From: a virus | Taxonomy: Duplodnaviria > Caudoviricetes | Reading direction: 5' to 3' (one strand) | Length of the DNA stretch: 64,000 bases | IMG/VR virus record: IMGVR_UViG_3300028581_000010 | Shown here: one piece after another, positions 8,295-18,181 of the stretch | Layout: each line of letters begins with the position of its first letter | Position numbering within the stretch: the stretch's first letter is position 1 | Translations under genes and position numbers: made by a program | The notes under the pieces: generated by a model | Database searches by the model: none | What the model saw: only the letters and a program-made list of their open reading frames with translations | Told to the model about the DNA's origin: nothing

Positions 8295-10064
8295 ATGGCT
8301 TTAGATCCCAACGGTCCGGGCAACTTCTTCAATTTCGGGCAAAATGCTAAGGATAGGTACTCCAACCCGTTCTATAACATACCTTTACAGTATCTTCCTC
8401 AGAATATTGATGGAATGATGCTCTGGGCGGAGCACTTTTTGTTCCGCAATGGCTTCTACAAGCAAGCGCTGAACCGTATTGCTAACTATTTCATCACATC
8501 TCTCACTATTGAGTGCGATGATAGCGAGGCGAAGGAGAAATATACCAAGGCACTTGACCAGATAGGCTGGAAACATATTCTAGCCAAGGCTGGGCTCAAC
8601 GTATTGGCCTATGGTAACGAGTTTATCACTGTAAACCAGGGGTTTACACGCTATTTGACGTGCCCGGAGTGTGCTAGAGTGCACGCTATTGACAAACTGG
8701 ACGACTTTGAGTTCCAAAGTGGTAAGTATAAGATGACTTGCCAGCAATGCGGCTATCGTGGCAACCACAAGTGCGAGGATAAGTCCTCGAACGATATGGA
8801 GAAGGTCCATGTAGTGCACTGGCCAGCTAAAGAGATCAAGATTAGGCACGAGGACATGACCGGAGAGAGTGAATACTTCTGGGACATACCGCAGACCTAC
8901 ATCAAGAAGATTACAACGAAGAACAACAAGTTCTATAGCAAGAAAACACCACAGGTTGTGTTCGATTGCATCGAGAAGAAGCATATGTTGGCCTTCAACC
9001 CGAAGAACTTTCTGCATCTTACGCTCGACACACCTAATACTATTCGTACTGATGGTAAGGCAGTGCCTCCATGCATGTTCCTGTTCGAAGATTTGTTCAT
9101 GCTACAGACCTTGAAGCGCTACAATGAGGTAATATGCTTCGAAGACATTGCTCCTTTCCGTGTTATCTCTATGGCCAAGGAAGCCAACTCCGCGGCTAAC
9201 CCTATTCTACACCAGAATGGTGGCTTGTGGGCGGCTTCCGTAGACCAGATGATCGAAGAGCACCGCAGAGACCCAGGTTCTTATCATAAATTCCCATTTC
9301 CTGTTGAGTATCAACAGCTTGGTGGTGAGGGTACGAAGCTGGCGCCTGTAGAGCTTATGGAACGTCTGCAAAACAACATCTTAAATGCATTGGATATTCC
9401 GGTGGAGATGTTTCAGATGTCCTTTCAGCAACAAGCTGCTGGTCCTATGCTTCGTATGTTCGAGAATGCCTGGTCTGTCATTCCCGCTAACTATAACAAG
9501 CTACTCAACCACCTAGGTACGGTGATTGGTAAGATACTTGGCCTTGCTGAGGCACAGATATCTCTCATTCCTATTACATTCTCCGACGACATGGAGCGCA
9601 AGTCCGTTGTTGGCCAGCTTGTATCGGCTAATGCTATCGCAAGATCCGAACTGCTCAAGCTATACAACTTCGACTACGAAGATCAGGTGCGCAAAAAGAT
9701 GGAGGAAGATCGTGTTACTGCTGATGTGCAGAAAGAAGAGCAGGAGAAGGACATGATCGCCCAGCAGACAGATGCAGACATCTATAATCTACTCGGGCAG
9801 CAACAGGGTGGACAACAAGGGCAGGGTGGAGCTCCTATGACTCCGCAGGATGCTCTTGCACAGGCCCAGCAGATTGCACAGCAGCTGTTTCCGCTAGACG
9901 GAGCACAACGCAGACAGCAGCTGCAACAACTCAAAGCCCAGGATCAGGGATTGTACGCTCAGGTTAAGTCACAGCTCGACCAGATGACGTCGCAATCTAA
10001 ATCCCAAGGCGTACAGCAAGCCAAGCAGCAAGGGCAGCAAGGCGGACAACCTCCTCAACAGTAA
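8295..10064 (+). CDS. Probable portal protein with Zn-ribbon insert and Gln-rich tail
   Basis: 589 aa; portal-like N-terminus (helix...LAYGNEF), CPEC...CQQC insert, LG(I)P-type segment, Q-rich C-terminus; precedes the tail genes. Confidence 0.6.
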   Translation: MALDPNGPGNFFNFGQNAKDRYSNPFYNIPLQYLPQNIDGMMLWAEHFLFRNGFYKQALNRIANYFITSLTIECDDSEAKEKYTKALDQIGWKHILAKAGLNVLAYGNEFITVNQGFTRYLTCPECARVHAIDKLDDFEFQSGKYKMTCQQCGYRGNHKCEDKSSNDMEKVHVVHWPAKEIKIRHEDMTGESEYFWDIPQTYIKKITTKNNKFYSKKTPQVVFDCIEKKHMLAFNPKNFLHLTLDTPNTIRTDGKAVPPCMFLFEDLFMLQTLKRYNEVICFEDIAPFRVISMAKEANSAANPILHQNGGLWAASVDQMIEEHRRDPGSYHKFPFPVEYQQLGGEGTKLAPVELMERLQNNILNALDIPVEMFQMSFQQQAAGPMLRMFENAWSVIPANYNKLLNHLGTVIGKILGLAEAQISLIPITFSDDMERKSVVGQLVSANAIARSELLKLYNFDYEDQVRKKMEEDRVTADVQKEEQEKDMIAQQTDADIYNLLGQQQGGQQGQGGAPMTPQDALAQAQQIAQQLFPLDGAQRRQQLQQLKAQDQGLYAQVKSQLDQMTSQSKSQGVQQAKQQGQQGGQPPQQ

Positions 10065-10375
10065 TGAGTAAAAAGCATCTATGTGTAGTTAGCGGTAAGG
10101 CTATTCCAAAGGAAAGAGTGGCAGCCCTGCGTATGCTGGGCACACCAGAGAACCAATGGACCTGTGTGGAGTATTCTCTCACAAAACCCAGGCAGGGTAT
10201 CTTCCTGGGTGAGTCGGGCACTAGTCAGCTATTGATGGTTGACCGTGTTTATGATGACTCTGTACGTGCTGTGTTCAAGGCGGCAAGTAATGAGACAGAC
10301 GCCGAGTATAAAGCCAAAGATATTGAGTATTATGCTGGCGAAGAGGACGATAAGGTAGAAGACCCTCTGAAGTAA
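10064..10375 (+). CDS. TraR/DksA C4-finger-like protein (degenerate finger)
   Basis: CVVSGKAIPKERVAAL...TCVEYS matches the CxxCGxxIPxxRLxAL...CVxC pattern, with two Cys replaced. Confidence 0.6.
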   Translation: MSKKHLCVVSGKAIPKERVAALRMLGTPENQWTCVEYSLTKPRQGIFLGESGTSQLLMVDRVYDDSVRAVFKAASNETDAEYKAKDIEYYAGEEDDKVEDPLK

Positions 10376-10395
10376 GAGACAGATTTGCTTGTTTT

Positions 10396-10445
10396 GGTTG
10401 TGTAACTGGGCTATTATTGGGTAGTTCAGTTACACAACCTTTTTT
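10396..10445 (+). terminator. Long-stem intrinsic terminator
   Basis: GGTTGTGTAACTG...CAGTTACACAACC then TTTTTT. Confidence 0.75.
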
Positions 10446-10453
10446 GTACCTAG

Positions 10454-11587
10454 ATGAATCACGATTTCACATATTCCCAGGAGATATCTGGGGTAACAGT
10501 CTTCAAGACAGTTACACTCACGCCCTCCTATTTTGTTAGCATAAACTCCTCGGGAGACCTCAGAGCACAGAGCGCAGCTGACTTTGCGTCCGCAGTTGGC
10601 ATGGTGACAACCTCTACCATGAATGCTGCGTTGACCCCCAAGGCGGCCACTACCTATGTAGATGCCCAGCTCGCTCTTAAGGCGGCCACCACGACGCTTA
10701 CAGCGCATACATCCAGCACCTCCAATCCACACTCTGTAACTAAAGCGCAGGTCGGCTTGAGTAACGTAGACAACACATCGGACGCCAACAAACCTATATC
10801 TATAGCCACGCTGGCCGCATTGAACAACAAGATAGCTACCAGCCATGTATTCACGATCAGTGAGATCAGCTCACTGCAGGACACACTGGACGATAAGGCC
10901 TCTCTGATTCACACGCACCCAATCTCAGGCATTACTGGTCTGCAGGCAGAGCTAGATGCAAAACAGGGTGCCGATGCACTTGCCGACCACGTAACTAATG
11001 TCAGCAACCCGCATGTGGTAACCAAGGCGCAGGTAGGCCTGAGCAACGTCAACAACACAAGTGACGCCAACAAGCCCATATCTACGGCCACACAGACAGC
11101 GCTAGATCTAAAAGCATCTATAAGCAGCGTATCAGCCTGGCTGGCAGACAAAGTTGATAGCGCTACATTCACTGCCCACACCAGCAACGTCAGTAATCCC
11201 CATAGTGTTACAAAGGCACAGGTTGGCCTAGGAAGCGTGGACAATACCAGCGATTTGGATAAGCCCATATCGAACGCTACACGTGCTGCTCTCAACAGTA
11301 TCTCTACATACGGACTGTTCGTAGACACCACCATTACAACTACGGGCACAACCGGAGATCAAACGATAAACAAGCCCTCCGGACGTGTTAACTTCGAGGC
11401 GGCCGCCACTAGCTTGGTGGTCACGAATGACAACGTGACAACAGAGAGCATAGTAATGATTAGTAAGGCCACGGATGACGCTACGGCACTACTTGGTGCG
11501 GTTGTTGTAGACGAAGGCTTCTTTACGATTTATATGGATACAGCTCCTTCTGTTGAATGCGCTGTTAACTTTCTAGTACTTAACTAA
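10454..11587 (+). CDS. Tail fibre/virion protein with NPHxVTKAQVGLxNVDNTSDxxKP repeats
   Basis: Three copies of the tail-fibre repeat; Thr/Ala/Ser-rich. Confidence 0.85.
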   Translation: MNHDFTYSQEISGVTVFKTVTLTPSYFVSINSSGDLRAQSAADFASAVGMVTTSTMNAALTPKAATTYVDAQLALKAATTTLTAHTSSTSNPHSVTKAQVGLSNVDNTSDANKPISIATLAALNNKIATSHVFTISEISSLQDTLDDKASLIHTHPISGITGLQAELDAKQGADALADHVTNVSNPHVVTKAQVGLSNVNNTSDANKPISTATQTALDLKASISSVSAWLADKVDSATFTAHTSNVSNPHSVTKAQVGLGSVDNTSDLDKPISNATRAALNSISTYGLFVDTTITTTGTTGDQTINKPSGRVNFEAAATSLVVTNDNVTTESIVMISKATDDATALLGAVVVDEGFFTIYMDTAPSVECAVNFLVLN

Positions 11588-11588
11588 T

Positions 11589-12377
11589 ATGGCTGAGGAC
11601 ACAATCTTATCAAGACTTCCCGTAAAGGGTGCAACAAAGACAAGCGCCGGTGTAGCTGATGCTGGTAAGGTCCCGATGCTTGGGGCTACAGGCACACTCG
11701 ACCCATCAGTTATTCCACCCAGCGGTGTATTCTCGGTATTCACAGTAGCTGATGAAGCCGCGCGTGTAGCTCTTGTTGCAGAAGTTGGAGACATTGCCAA
11801 GCAAGCCGATAACCAGCGCTCTTATGTGCTGCAGACGTTACCAGCCAGTGTCGAAGGTAACTGGATACAGCTCACACCCGAGCTGATCAACCCTCCATAT
11901 AGTTACATAGCTGATAATGATTTGCTTGTGTCCGGTGGTAGTTATCTTGCAGACACAACGGCTGGAGCTATTAGCTGCACACTGCCAGCTACTCCACTTA
12001 TTGGAGATTGCATACAGATCATAGATCCATCCACTAGCTGGGGTACAAACTCACTCACAGTGGAGCGTAGTGGCAATCTAATCAGTGAGTTAGACGAAGA
12101 CCTTGTTGCAGATGTCTCGGCTTATATCACTCTTGTTTTTGTAGGTGGGTTGGTTGGATGGCGCTTGCTACCCAACGCAACATTCGAAAACTTCATACTT
12201 CCACAGGATATAAACCTAAAGTTGGCAAGTGCACCCGCCCATAACAACAGTGCTTTGTCAGTACCGTACGAGGCAGGCACACAGTATCTGGCATTCAGCA
12301 CTCCGTATATGTACTTTTATACGGGCGACGGCTCCACCCACAGCTGGCTCAAATTTCTAGGCTCAAACTCATTCTAA
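11589..12377 (+). CDS. Tail fibre-associated protein
   Basis: LPATPLIGDCIQIID...WGTNSLTVERSG segment of the T4 gp34-like repeat type. Confidence 0.75.
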   Translation: MAEDTILSRLPVKGATKTSAGVADAGKVPMLGATGTLDPSVIPPSGVFSVFTVADEAARVALVAEVGDIAKQADNQRSYVLQTLPASVEGNWIQLTPELINPPYSYIADNDLLVSGGSYLADTTAGAISCTLPATPLIGDCIQIIDPSTSWGTNSLTVERSGNLISELDEDLVADVSAYITLVFVGGLVGWRLLPNATFENFILPQDINLKLASAPAHNNSALSVPYEAGTQYLAFSTPYMYFYTGDGSTHSWLKFLGSNSF

Positions 12378-12378
12378 C

Positions 12379-15300
12379 ATGGCTAATCTCAGCGATTTAC
12401 TTAAAACATCTGGCAACTTCACTGTAAGTGTCGACGACATTGTTGACGCGGGCGCAAAGGGTAAGGACCTCCTACAGTCCACAACAGCGGCAGAAGCTAA
12501 AGGCTTTCTAGCGCTGGAGACTGTCGATAACACTGCAGACGCTGATAAGCCTGTAAGTGATGCCGCGCAAACGGCGCTAGACCTCAAGGCAGACGCCTCT
12601 ACAACTACAGCAGCTCTTGCCGATAAGTCTGACGTAGGTCACACGCATACAGCTAGTGAGGTTTCGGATAGCACAAGCGTAGGCAGGTCTATACTAACTG
12701 GCACCGACGCCGCTGCAGTAAAAACTACACTAAGCCTTAACTCTGTGGATAATACCGCAGACGCAGACAAGCCTATAAGTGACGACACACAAGCTGCGCT
12801 GGACCTCAAGGCAGACATAACCGCTGTCGAACTCAAAGCTGACGCGACCGCTCTTACAGCTCATACCGGCAATACAGCTAATCCTCATACGGTTACTAAA
12901 ACACAGGTAGGCCTGGGTAATGTGGATAATACGTCCGACGCCAACAAACCAATAAGCAGCGCTACACAGACTGCTCTTGACGGAAAAGCGTCTACTACCC
13001 ACACGCACAGTTCTGAAGATTTGACCGATGTTACAGTGTTGGGTACAAGCATTGTATCCGCTGCAAATCTCACAGGGCTCTACACTATCATAGGCGGCAC
13101 AGCTGTCAAGTATCTCGGAGATACGCCGACCAGTGTCACGCCAGATGCAGTGAACCAGGTGGGCATAGATGTGGAGGGTAAGCTATACACCACAACAGAT
13201 GGTACCAACTGGATAGGTGTTACGGTGGACAATGCTGTTGTGGCTGACACCGCCACGTTAGCAGATACGGCCACAACGGCCTTAAACGCTGGTGGGGACC
13301 TCCTAACTACAATTGCGGGGTTGCAGCCCACCTCAGCTAAAGGACAGCCTAATGGCTATGCTTCTCTGACAGGGGTAGGCAGATTACCTAGTACTCAGCT
13401 GACAATTTTAACAGCCTCGTTTATAAGCGACAGCTCGTCTACAGGACGCACTGTACTGACAGGCTCGGCCTCCGCAGCCAGAACCGCAATAGGGCTTGGT
13501 AATGTAGACAATACCGCAGATTTGTCTAAACCAGTGAGCACAGATATGCAGGCAGCTTTGGATGATAAAGAAGACATGTTGGGCACACCAACAGTCGACG
13601 GCTACGTGTTAAGCTCCATGGTTGACGGCACCCGCAGCTGGATAGAGACCGGTGTTGGCTTGGAGCCTGCCCTAGGTAACCCAGCCGCAGATAACTATGT
13701 ATTAAGCTCATTGGTTGATGGCACCCGCAGCTGGGTGGAAGCTGGCCTTGGTAGCGAACCTTCCTTAGGTACTCCCGCAGCTGACGGCTATGTACTCAGC
13801 TCGCTGACGGATGGTACACGTAGCTGGATAGCTGCTGGAGCACCGACAGGGCCAATACGTGTCGTAACCACGCACGCAAACGTCGTACTGAGCGACGCGG
13901 AGGGCACTATTATCGTAGTGAACAATGCGATCGACTACGACACACATCTAACACTACCGAATCCTTCCATGGAAGATACTTTTCCAATAGGTACAAGAAT
14001 ACAGATTGTGCAAGGAGGCATATCGCCAGTAATTGTCAGATGTGAGGACCCCTATGTTAAGATAAACGGCGTGACATATACAGCTACTAACTATAGCGAG
14101 CGCCCTGTGATTGCCGCTCGCACAGTTGGGCTAAACTCAAGCCTAACGCTAACACAGTTACCAGACGATGCCTGGAGTGTATCTTGCTCAAGCAATAACA
14201 CTGAAGACAGTTTCACCCTTCAACCACGCGAAGCTGCGCTCAGGTTGTTAAGCACCACTACATATACAGATAGCACACAACTACTATATCACTTTGATAA
14301 ACGCACTGATGTAGATGATTTCGAGCCTTACAATATAGGATCGAAATACGCATATTATACACCGGTAGAGCGTACCGCCCCGTGGCCGTCGACTGTGGCG
14401 CTGGATTCTAACGAAGTTAAGTACGGTAGCGACTCATTACATCTGGACGGTACTAGTACGCCAGTGTTAACCGGTATACACATTTCTCTTAGAGAAATGC
14501 TCAGGACTTTTTCATTAAATTTTACGCTTGAGTTTTACATGAGGCTTCCAGCGGACCCTTCTGATGAGCTGAGTGACTTTATAGAAATAACCGATTCAGT
14601 GCTTGGTAACTTTCTACGCCTAGGGTTCGAGGTATCTACACAACAGCTAAAGCTCACACTGGCAGGAAGCACGTACAATACATCGAGCACTTATGCAAAA
14701 GATACATGGAACCATATCGTCATTACACGGCACGGCACAAACATAAAAGTTTATGTGAATGGTGTACTGGAGATAACAGTGGCTCGCCCAACCGCCTTCG
14801 ATGACGCCTGGAGCGACGGCGCATATTTGGATGTAGGTAATACCACAACCGGTAGCGGTTGGGCAACATTACACATTGATGAACTGCGCGTTTCGAATAA
14901 CACGGTATATACTGCTGCTTTTACACCACCGACCGAGCCCTTCGACGCTCTTGGTAAGCTTGATCTCACTGGGGCGAACTTAGCAGAGCTGGCGGATGTG
15001 GATAGTGCTGCCCCTATAGACGGTAGTGCATTAATTTGGAATGAGACGGGCGCTACGTGGACAGCTAGCACTACCGCCTTTGCGCCTAAATATCCGGTAG
15101 TAAATGCACAAACCGACACTACATACATCGCAGTACTCGGCGACGATCAAAAGTTTATTACATGCGACAACGCCGATCCTGTTACTTTCACCGTACCAGC
15201 CGAAGCAGATGTTGCTTTTCCAATAGGCGCTTCAATGACGGTCTATCAGGTTGGAGCGGGTCGTGTAACTTTTGCTGGAGATACTGGCGTCACTGTTGAG

Positions 15301-15402
15301 ACGCGCGGTGGAGCATACTCTATATCTGCACAATACGGCGTAGCAACATTGTTCAAGAGAGCTGCGGATACCTGGGCGTTAATGGGAGACCTATCGGTGT
15401 AA
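12379..15402 (+). CDS. Long tail fibre protein with LamG/concanavalin-like lectin domain
   Basis: VDNTADxxKP repeats, three EPxLGxPAADxYVLSSLxDGTRSW-type repeats, FTLEFY...WNHIVITR...IDELRVS LamG motifs. Confidence 0.85.
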   Translation: MANLSDLLKTSGNFTVSVDDIVDAGAKGKDLLQSTTAAEAKGFLALETVDNTADADKPVSDAAQTALDLKADASTTTAALADKSDVGHTHTASEVSDSTSVGRSILTGTDAAAVKTTLSLNSVDNTADADKPISDDTQAALDLKADITAVELKADATALTAHTGNTANPHTVTKTQVGLGNVDNTSDANKPISSATQTALDGKASTTHTHSSEDLTDVTVLGTSIVSAANLTGLYTIIGGTAVKYLGDTPTSVTPDAVNQVGIDVEGKLYTTTDGTNWIGVTVDNAVVADTATLADTATTALNAGGDLLTTIAGLQPTSAKGQPNGYASLTGVGRLPSTQLTILTASFISDSSSTGRTVLTGSASAARTAIGLGNVDNTADLSKPVSTDMQAALDDKEDMLGTPTVDGYVLSSMVDGTRSWIETGVGLEPALGNPAADNYVLSSLVDGTRSWVEAGLGSEPSLGTPAADGYVLSSLTDGTRSWIAAGAPTGPIRVVTTHANVVLSDAEGTIIVVNNAIDYDTHLTLPNPSMEDTFPIGTRIQIVQGGISPVIVRCEDPYVKINGVTYTATNYSERPVIAARTVGLNSSLTLTQLPDDAWSVSCSSNNTEDSFTLQPREAALRLLSTTTYTDSTQLLYHFDKRTDVDDFEPYNIGSKYAYYTPVERTAPWPSTVALDSNEVKYGSDSLHLDGTSTPVLTGIHISLREMLRTFSLNFTLEFYMRLPADPSDELSDFIEITDSVLGNFLRLGFEVSTQQLKLTLAGSTYNTSSTYAKDTWNHIVITRHGTNIKVYVNGVLEITVARPTAFDDAWSDGAYLDVGNTTTGSGWATLHIDELRVSNNTVYTAAFTPPTEPFDALGKLDLTGANLAELADVDSAAPIDGSALIWNETGATWTASTTAFAPKYPVVNAQTDTTYIAVLGDDQKFITCDNADPVTFTVPAEADVAFPIGASMTVYQVGAGRVTFAGDTGVTVETRGGAYSISAQYGVATLFKRAADTWALMGDLSV

Positions 15403-15403
15403 T

Positions 15404-17077
15404 ATGCGTATATTTGGCTTTGGCGCCGGTAGAAATGGTGCTTCTGCCGACTTATACTTTAGCAGCGTAGCTCTTCTCCTAAACATGGAGGGTGACGCAG
15501 CATCTACTACATTTTTAGATAGCTCGTCACATGAGTTCACTGTTACCGCACATGGTAACGCACAGCTAGACACGGCCCGCTATCGTAATGGGCGTACTTC
15601 TGGTTTATTCGATGGCTTGTCGTATCTCACAGCTCCAGATAATACAGCCTTTGAACTTACTGGGGATTTCACTGTAGAAACATGGGTCTATTGTACCGCG
15701 AACTCTACACATGTTGGTGCCATATTTGATGGTTGCCCTTTAGGTGGCTCCGCAGCTCGCGCTAATACATTTCTGTTAGGGTTAGACGACACCGGGCATC
15801 CTTACGTATACAGCGATGGCGGAATTCTGGGAACGGCGGCCACTGCTTTAACGCTCGATACGTGGCAGCATATAGCATTGGTACGCTTTGGGAGCAACTT
15901 GCAGCTTTATTTGCACGGAACGTCTGTGTTAAACATAGCCTGCACAACAAGCTTTTCTACAGGGGGTTGCGTCATAGGTAGCACTGGAACAGAGGCCGGT
16001 ACAGCAGGGTACGGGTTCATAGGTAATATGGATGGGTTGCGTATAACCAACGGAATAGCCCGCTTTATAGGAAACTTCAACGCAGATAATACACGCTACT
16101 ATACCGAGCGGATACCGGTTGACCTTCCTGAGAGCCTATTTGCTGACAGCATTGCTGAGAATTTCAACAACGCTATAGAGCTCTTTGTCAACTCCCTAGC
16201 TCTTAACGATATACTGTATATCGACGCCGCAATGTCATTAGATAACAGCGGGACACCAGATATCGTAGAAGGAACCATGGCCGTTCCTAGCATAGCTTAT
16301 ATTGTCGGCGTGGCTGAGCACGATGTGGCCGGTACACCAGAAGAGATATCTAACACGGTAGCAGTACCGAGCATCGGCTACGTAATAGGTAACGTAGAAC
16401 AAGACAGCTCGGGAGCACCAGATGAGCTCTCCGCTACACTAGGCGTGGCTTCAATAGACTACCCTACTAGTGCGAGCTCTCACGACGAGTCCGGAGCTCC
16501 AGACGCTTTTGGAAGCACACTTACCATAACAGGAATGCGTTATCTAGGTGTGAGCCCTGACGCGTTTGCGGCCACCCTCAGCCTGAGCGAGTTACTCTAT
16601 GTGGATACTGTTAGCGAGCAGACTATACTGGAGGCTTTCGCCAATACAGTAGCGCTAAACTCCATGACCTACACGACAGACGGGCCTGTAGAGGTTTCTG
16701 CCACGTTAGAGGCCTTTGCTAACACAATTAGTTTAACGGCAATAAGTTATGTGACCGCACTTAATATCATAGACAACTCTGGAACGCCAGAGACATTCTC
16801 TAATACATTAAGCCTTTCCTCAATCACATATGCCACTGCAGCCTATGCGGAAGTTCCTACCAGTGTAGAGGAGTTCTCTGCCACCGTAAGCGCACAATCG
16901 ATGAGCTTCTTTGACGGTTGGGTTATATATACCGCCTCAGGTACTGCCGAGGAGTTTTCTGTAGCTAGCTCAGCGCAATCCTTGAGTTATTTTGACGGGT
17001 GGGTTATTCAAGATAACTCTGGAACTGCTGAAGAGTTTTCTGTTACAATTAGTGCCATAACCCTATCCTACGCTTAA
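15404..17077 (+). CDS. LamG-domain tail protein with acidic repeat region
   Basis: DFTVETWVY...WQHIALVR...MDGLRIT; SGTPE/AEEF repeats in the C-terminal half. Confidence 0.8.
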   Translation: MRIFGFGAGRNGASADLYFSSVALLLNMEGDAASTTFLDSSSHEFTVTAHGNAQLDTARYRNGRTSGLFDGLSYLTAPDNTAFELTGDFTVETWVYCTANSTHVGAIFDGCPLGGSAARANTFLLGLDDTGHPYVYSDGGILGTAATALTLDTWQHIALVRFGSNLQLYLHGTSVLNIACTTSFSTGGCVIGSTGTEAGTAGYGFIGNMDGLRITNGIARFIGNFNADNTRYYTERIPVDLPESLFADSIAENFNNAIELFVNSLALNDILYIDAAMSLDNSGTPDIVEGTMAVPSIAYIVGVAEHDVAGTPEEISNTVAVPSIGYVIGNVEQDSSGAPDELSATLGVASIDYPTSASSHDESGAPDAFGSTLTITGMRYLGVSPDAFAATLSLSELLYVDTVSEQTILEAFANTVALNSMTYTTDGPVEVSATLEAFANTISLTAISYVTALNIIDNSGTPETFSNTLSLSSITYATAAYAEVPTSVEEFSATVSAQSMSFFDGWVIYTASGTAEEFSVASSAQSLSYFDGWVIQDNSGTAEEFSVTISAITLSYA

Positions 17078-17080
17078 ATC

Positions 17081-18181
17081 ATGCAAATACTTAAAAAATC
17101 TTATGTGGAAGCCGACGCCAATATATCTGTCGGTGTGGGAGGCGTGTGGAAGGTCTCCGTCGTAAACGCCAGCACAGGAGCTGAATACTTTCCGTTCGGT
17201 GACGAATTTCGTCCCAACCTCATTCTCAACCAAGGGCTGGATATGCTCGTCGGCTCCTCATCGCAGTGGTTTCAGAGCACCTCTGGATACTCGCAGCAGG
17301 CAGGTACAATTCTGGCAATATCTACCGCACGTTGTGGCACGTCAAGTACCGCAGCCGCCGCCTCGCAAACTGGGCTACAAGCAGCTACAGCTGCTACATC
17401 TGTCACGACCACTCCAGGCTTCACGTGCCTGTCCACAAGAGATACCGTCAGTGGTTTCTCGACGTTCACGAGGTCATTCGACTTCGATATAGTTACTTCA
17501 GGTGTGACCTTGTATGAGGCAGCGCTATCGGCGGATGGTACTAACTCAGGAGGTAGTGGTTCCAGAATATTTACACGCTTCGTATTTCCCTCTCCAGGTG
17601 TTTCTTTGGTTGCAGGCCAGTTTTTGCGACTAGTATACTCGCTCAAATGCTCCATTCCGTCTACGGTTACACCAATCACTGTAACAGTTAACAATGGTGG
17701 CTTCACTGGCGATGGCTCGGTTCAAGCGGTCGGCACATTTGCAGAGCTGTTTGGTACGCTGAACAGCGACGGCACATATGTAGACTCTGGCTGGCACGGT
17801 CAGAAAGGTTACCTGCCCGCTGGCTGGGCGAGCTCGAGTCTGTATGCTCACGCCTACATGGTTAGCTCAGCGGCGAGCTTTCCATCTGTCGACACAGCTG
17901 CATCACTGTCTATAGTCGGGTCGCTTATCAGCGTTGCGCCAAATATAACATCAACAACATACTCGGCAGGCTCTGGTACTAGGGATATCACATATATCTT
18001 TCCAGCTAACAATCCAGGGTCAGACACATCTATTGGTGGTGTGTTATTCAACTCAGCCAGTATGACCGGCACACATAGCAGGCTCACAGACGGCTGGCTA
18101 TGGCTGTTTGATAGCCCGCAAACCAAGCATGCTACCAAGTCGCTGGTCATCAACCTCACTACGACGCTCACCAGAGTATAA
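17081..18181 (+). CDS. Virion structural protein (paralog A)
   Basis: Ser/Thr/Gly-rich; clearly paralogous to 18181-19275 (NLILNQGLD, SRFVFP.GVSLVAGQFLRL.Y.LK). Confidence 0.75.
   Translation: MQILKKSYVEADANISVGVGGVWKVSVVNASTGAEYFPFGDEFRPNLILNQGLDMLVGSSSQWFQSTSGYSQQAGTILAISTARCGTSSTAAAASQTGLQAATAATSVTTTPGFTCLSTRDTVSGFSTFTRSFDFDIVTSGVTLYEAALSADGTNSGGSGSRIFTRFVFPSPGVSLVAGQFLRLVYSLKCSIPSTVTPITVTVNNGGFTGDGSVQAVGTFAELFGTLNSDGTYVDSGWHGQKGYLPAGWASSSLYAHAYMVSSAASFPSVDTAASLSIVGSLISVAPNITSTTYSAGSGTRDITYIFPANNPGSDTSIGGVLFNSASMTGTHSRLTDGWLWLFDSPQTKHATKSLVINLTTTLTRV

Noticed and set aside
10454-13900. Repeats in tail genes as a CRISPR array or DGR template/variable repeats
   Set aside because: They are in-frame degenerate protein repeats; no constant repeat-spacer pattern, no adenine-specific variation and no reverse transcriptase in the window.
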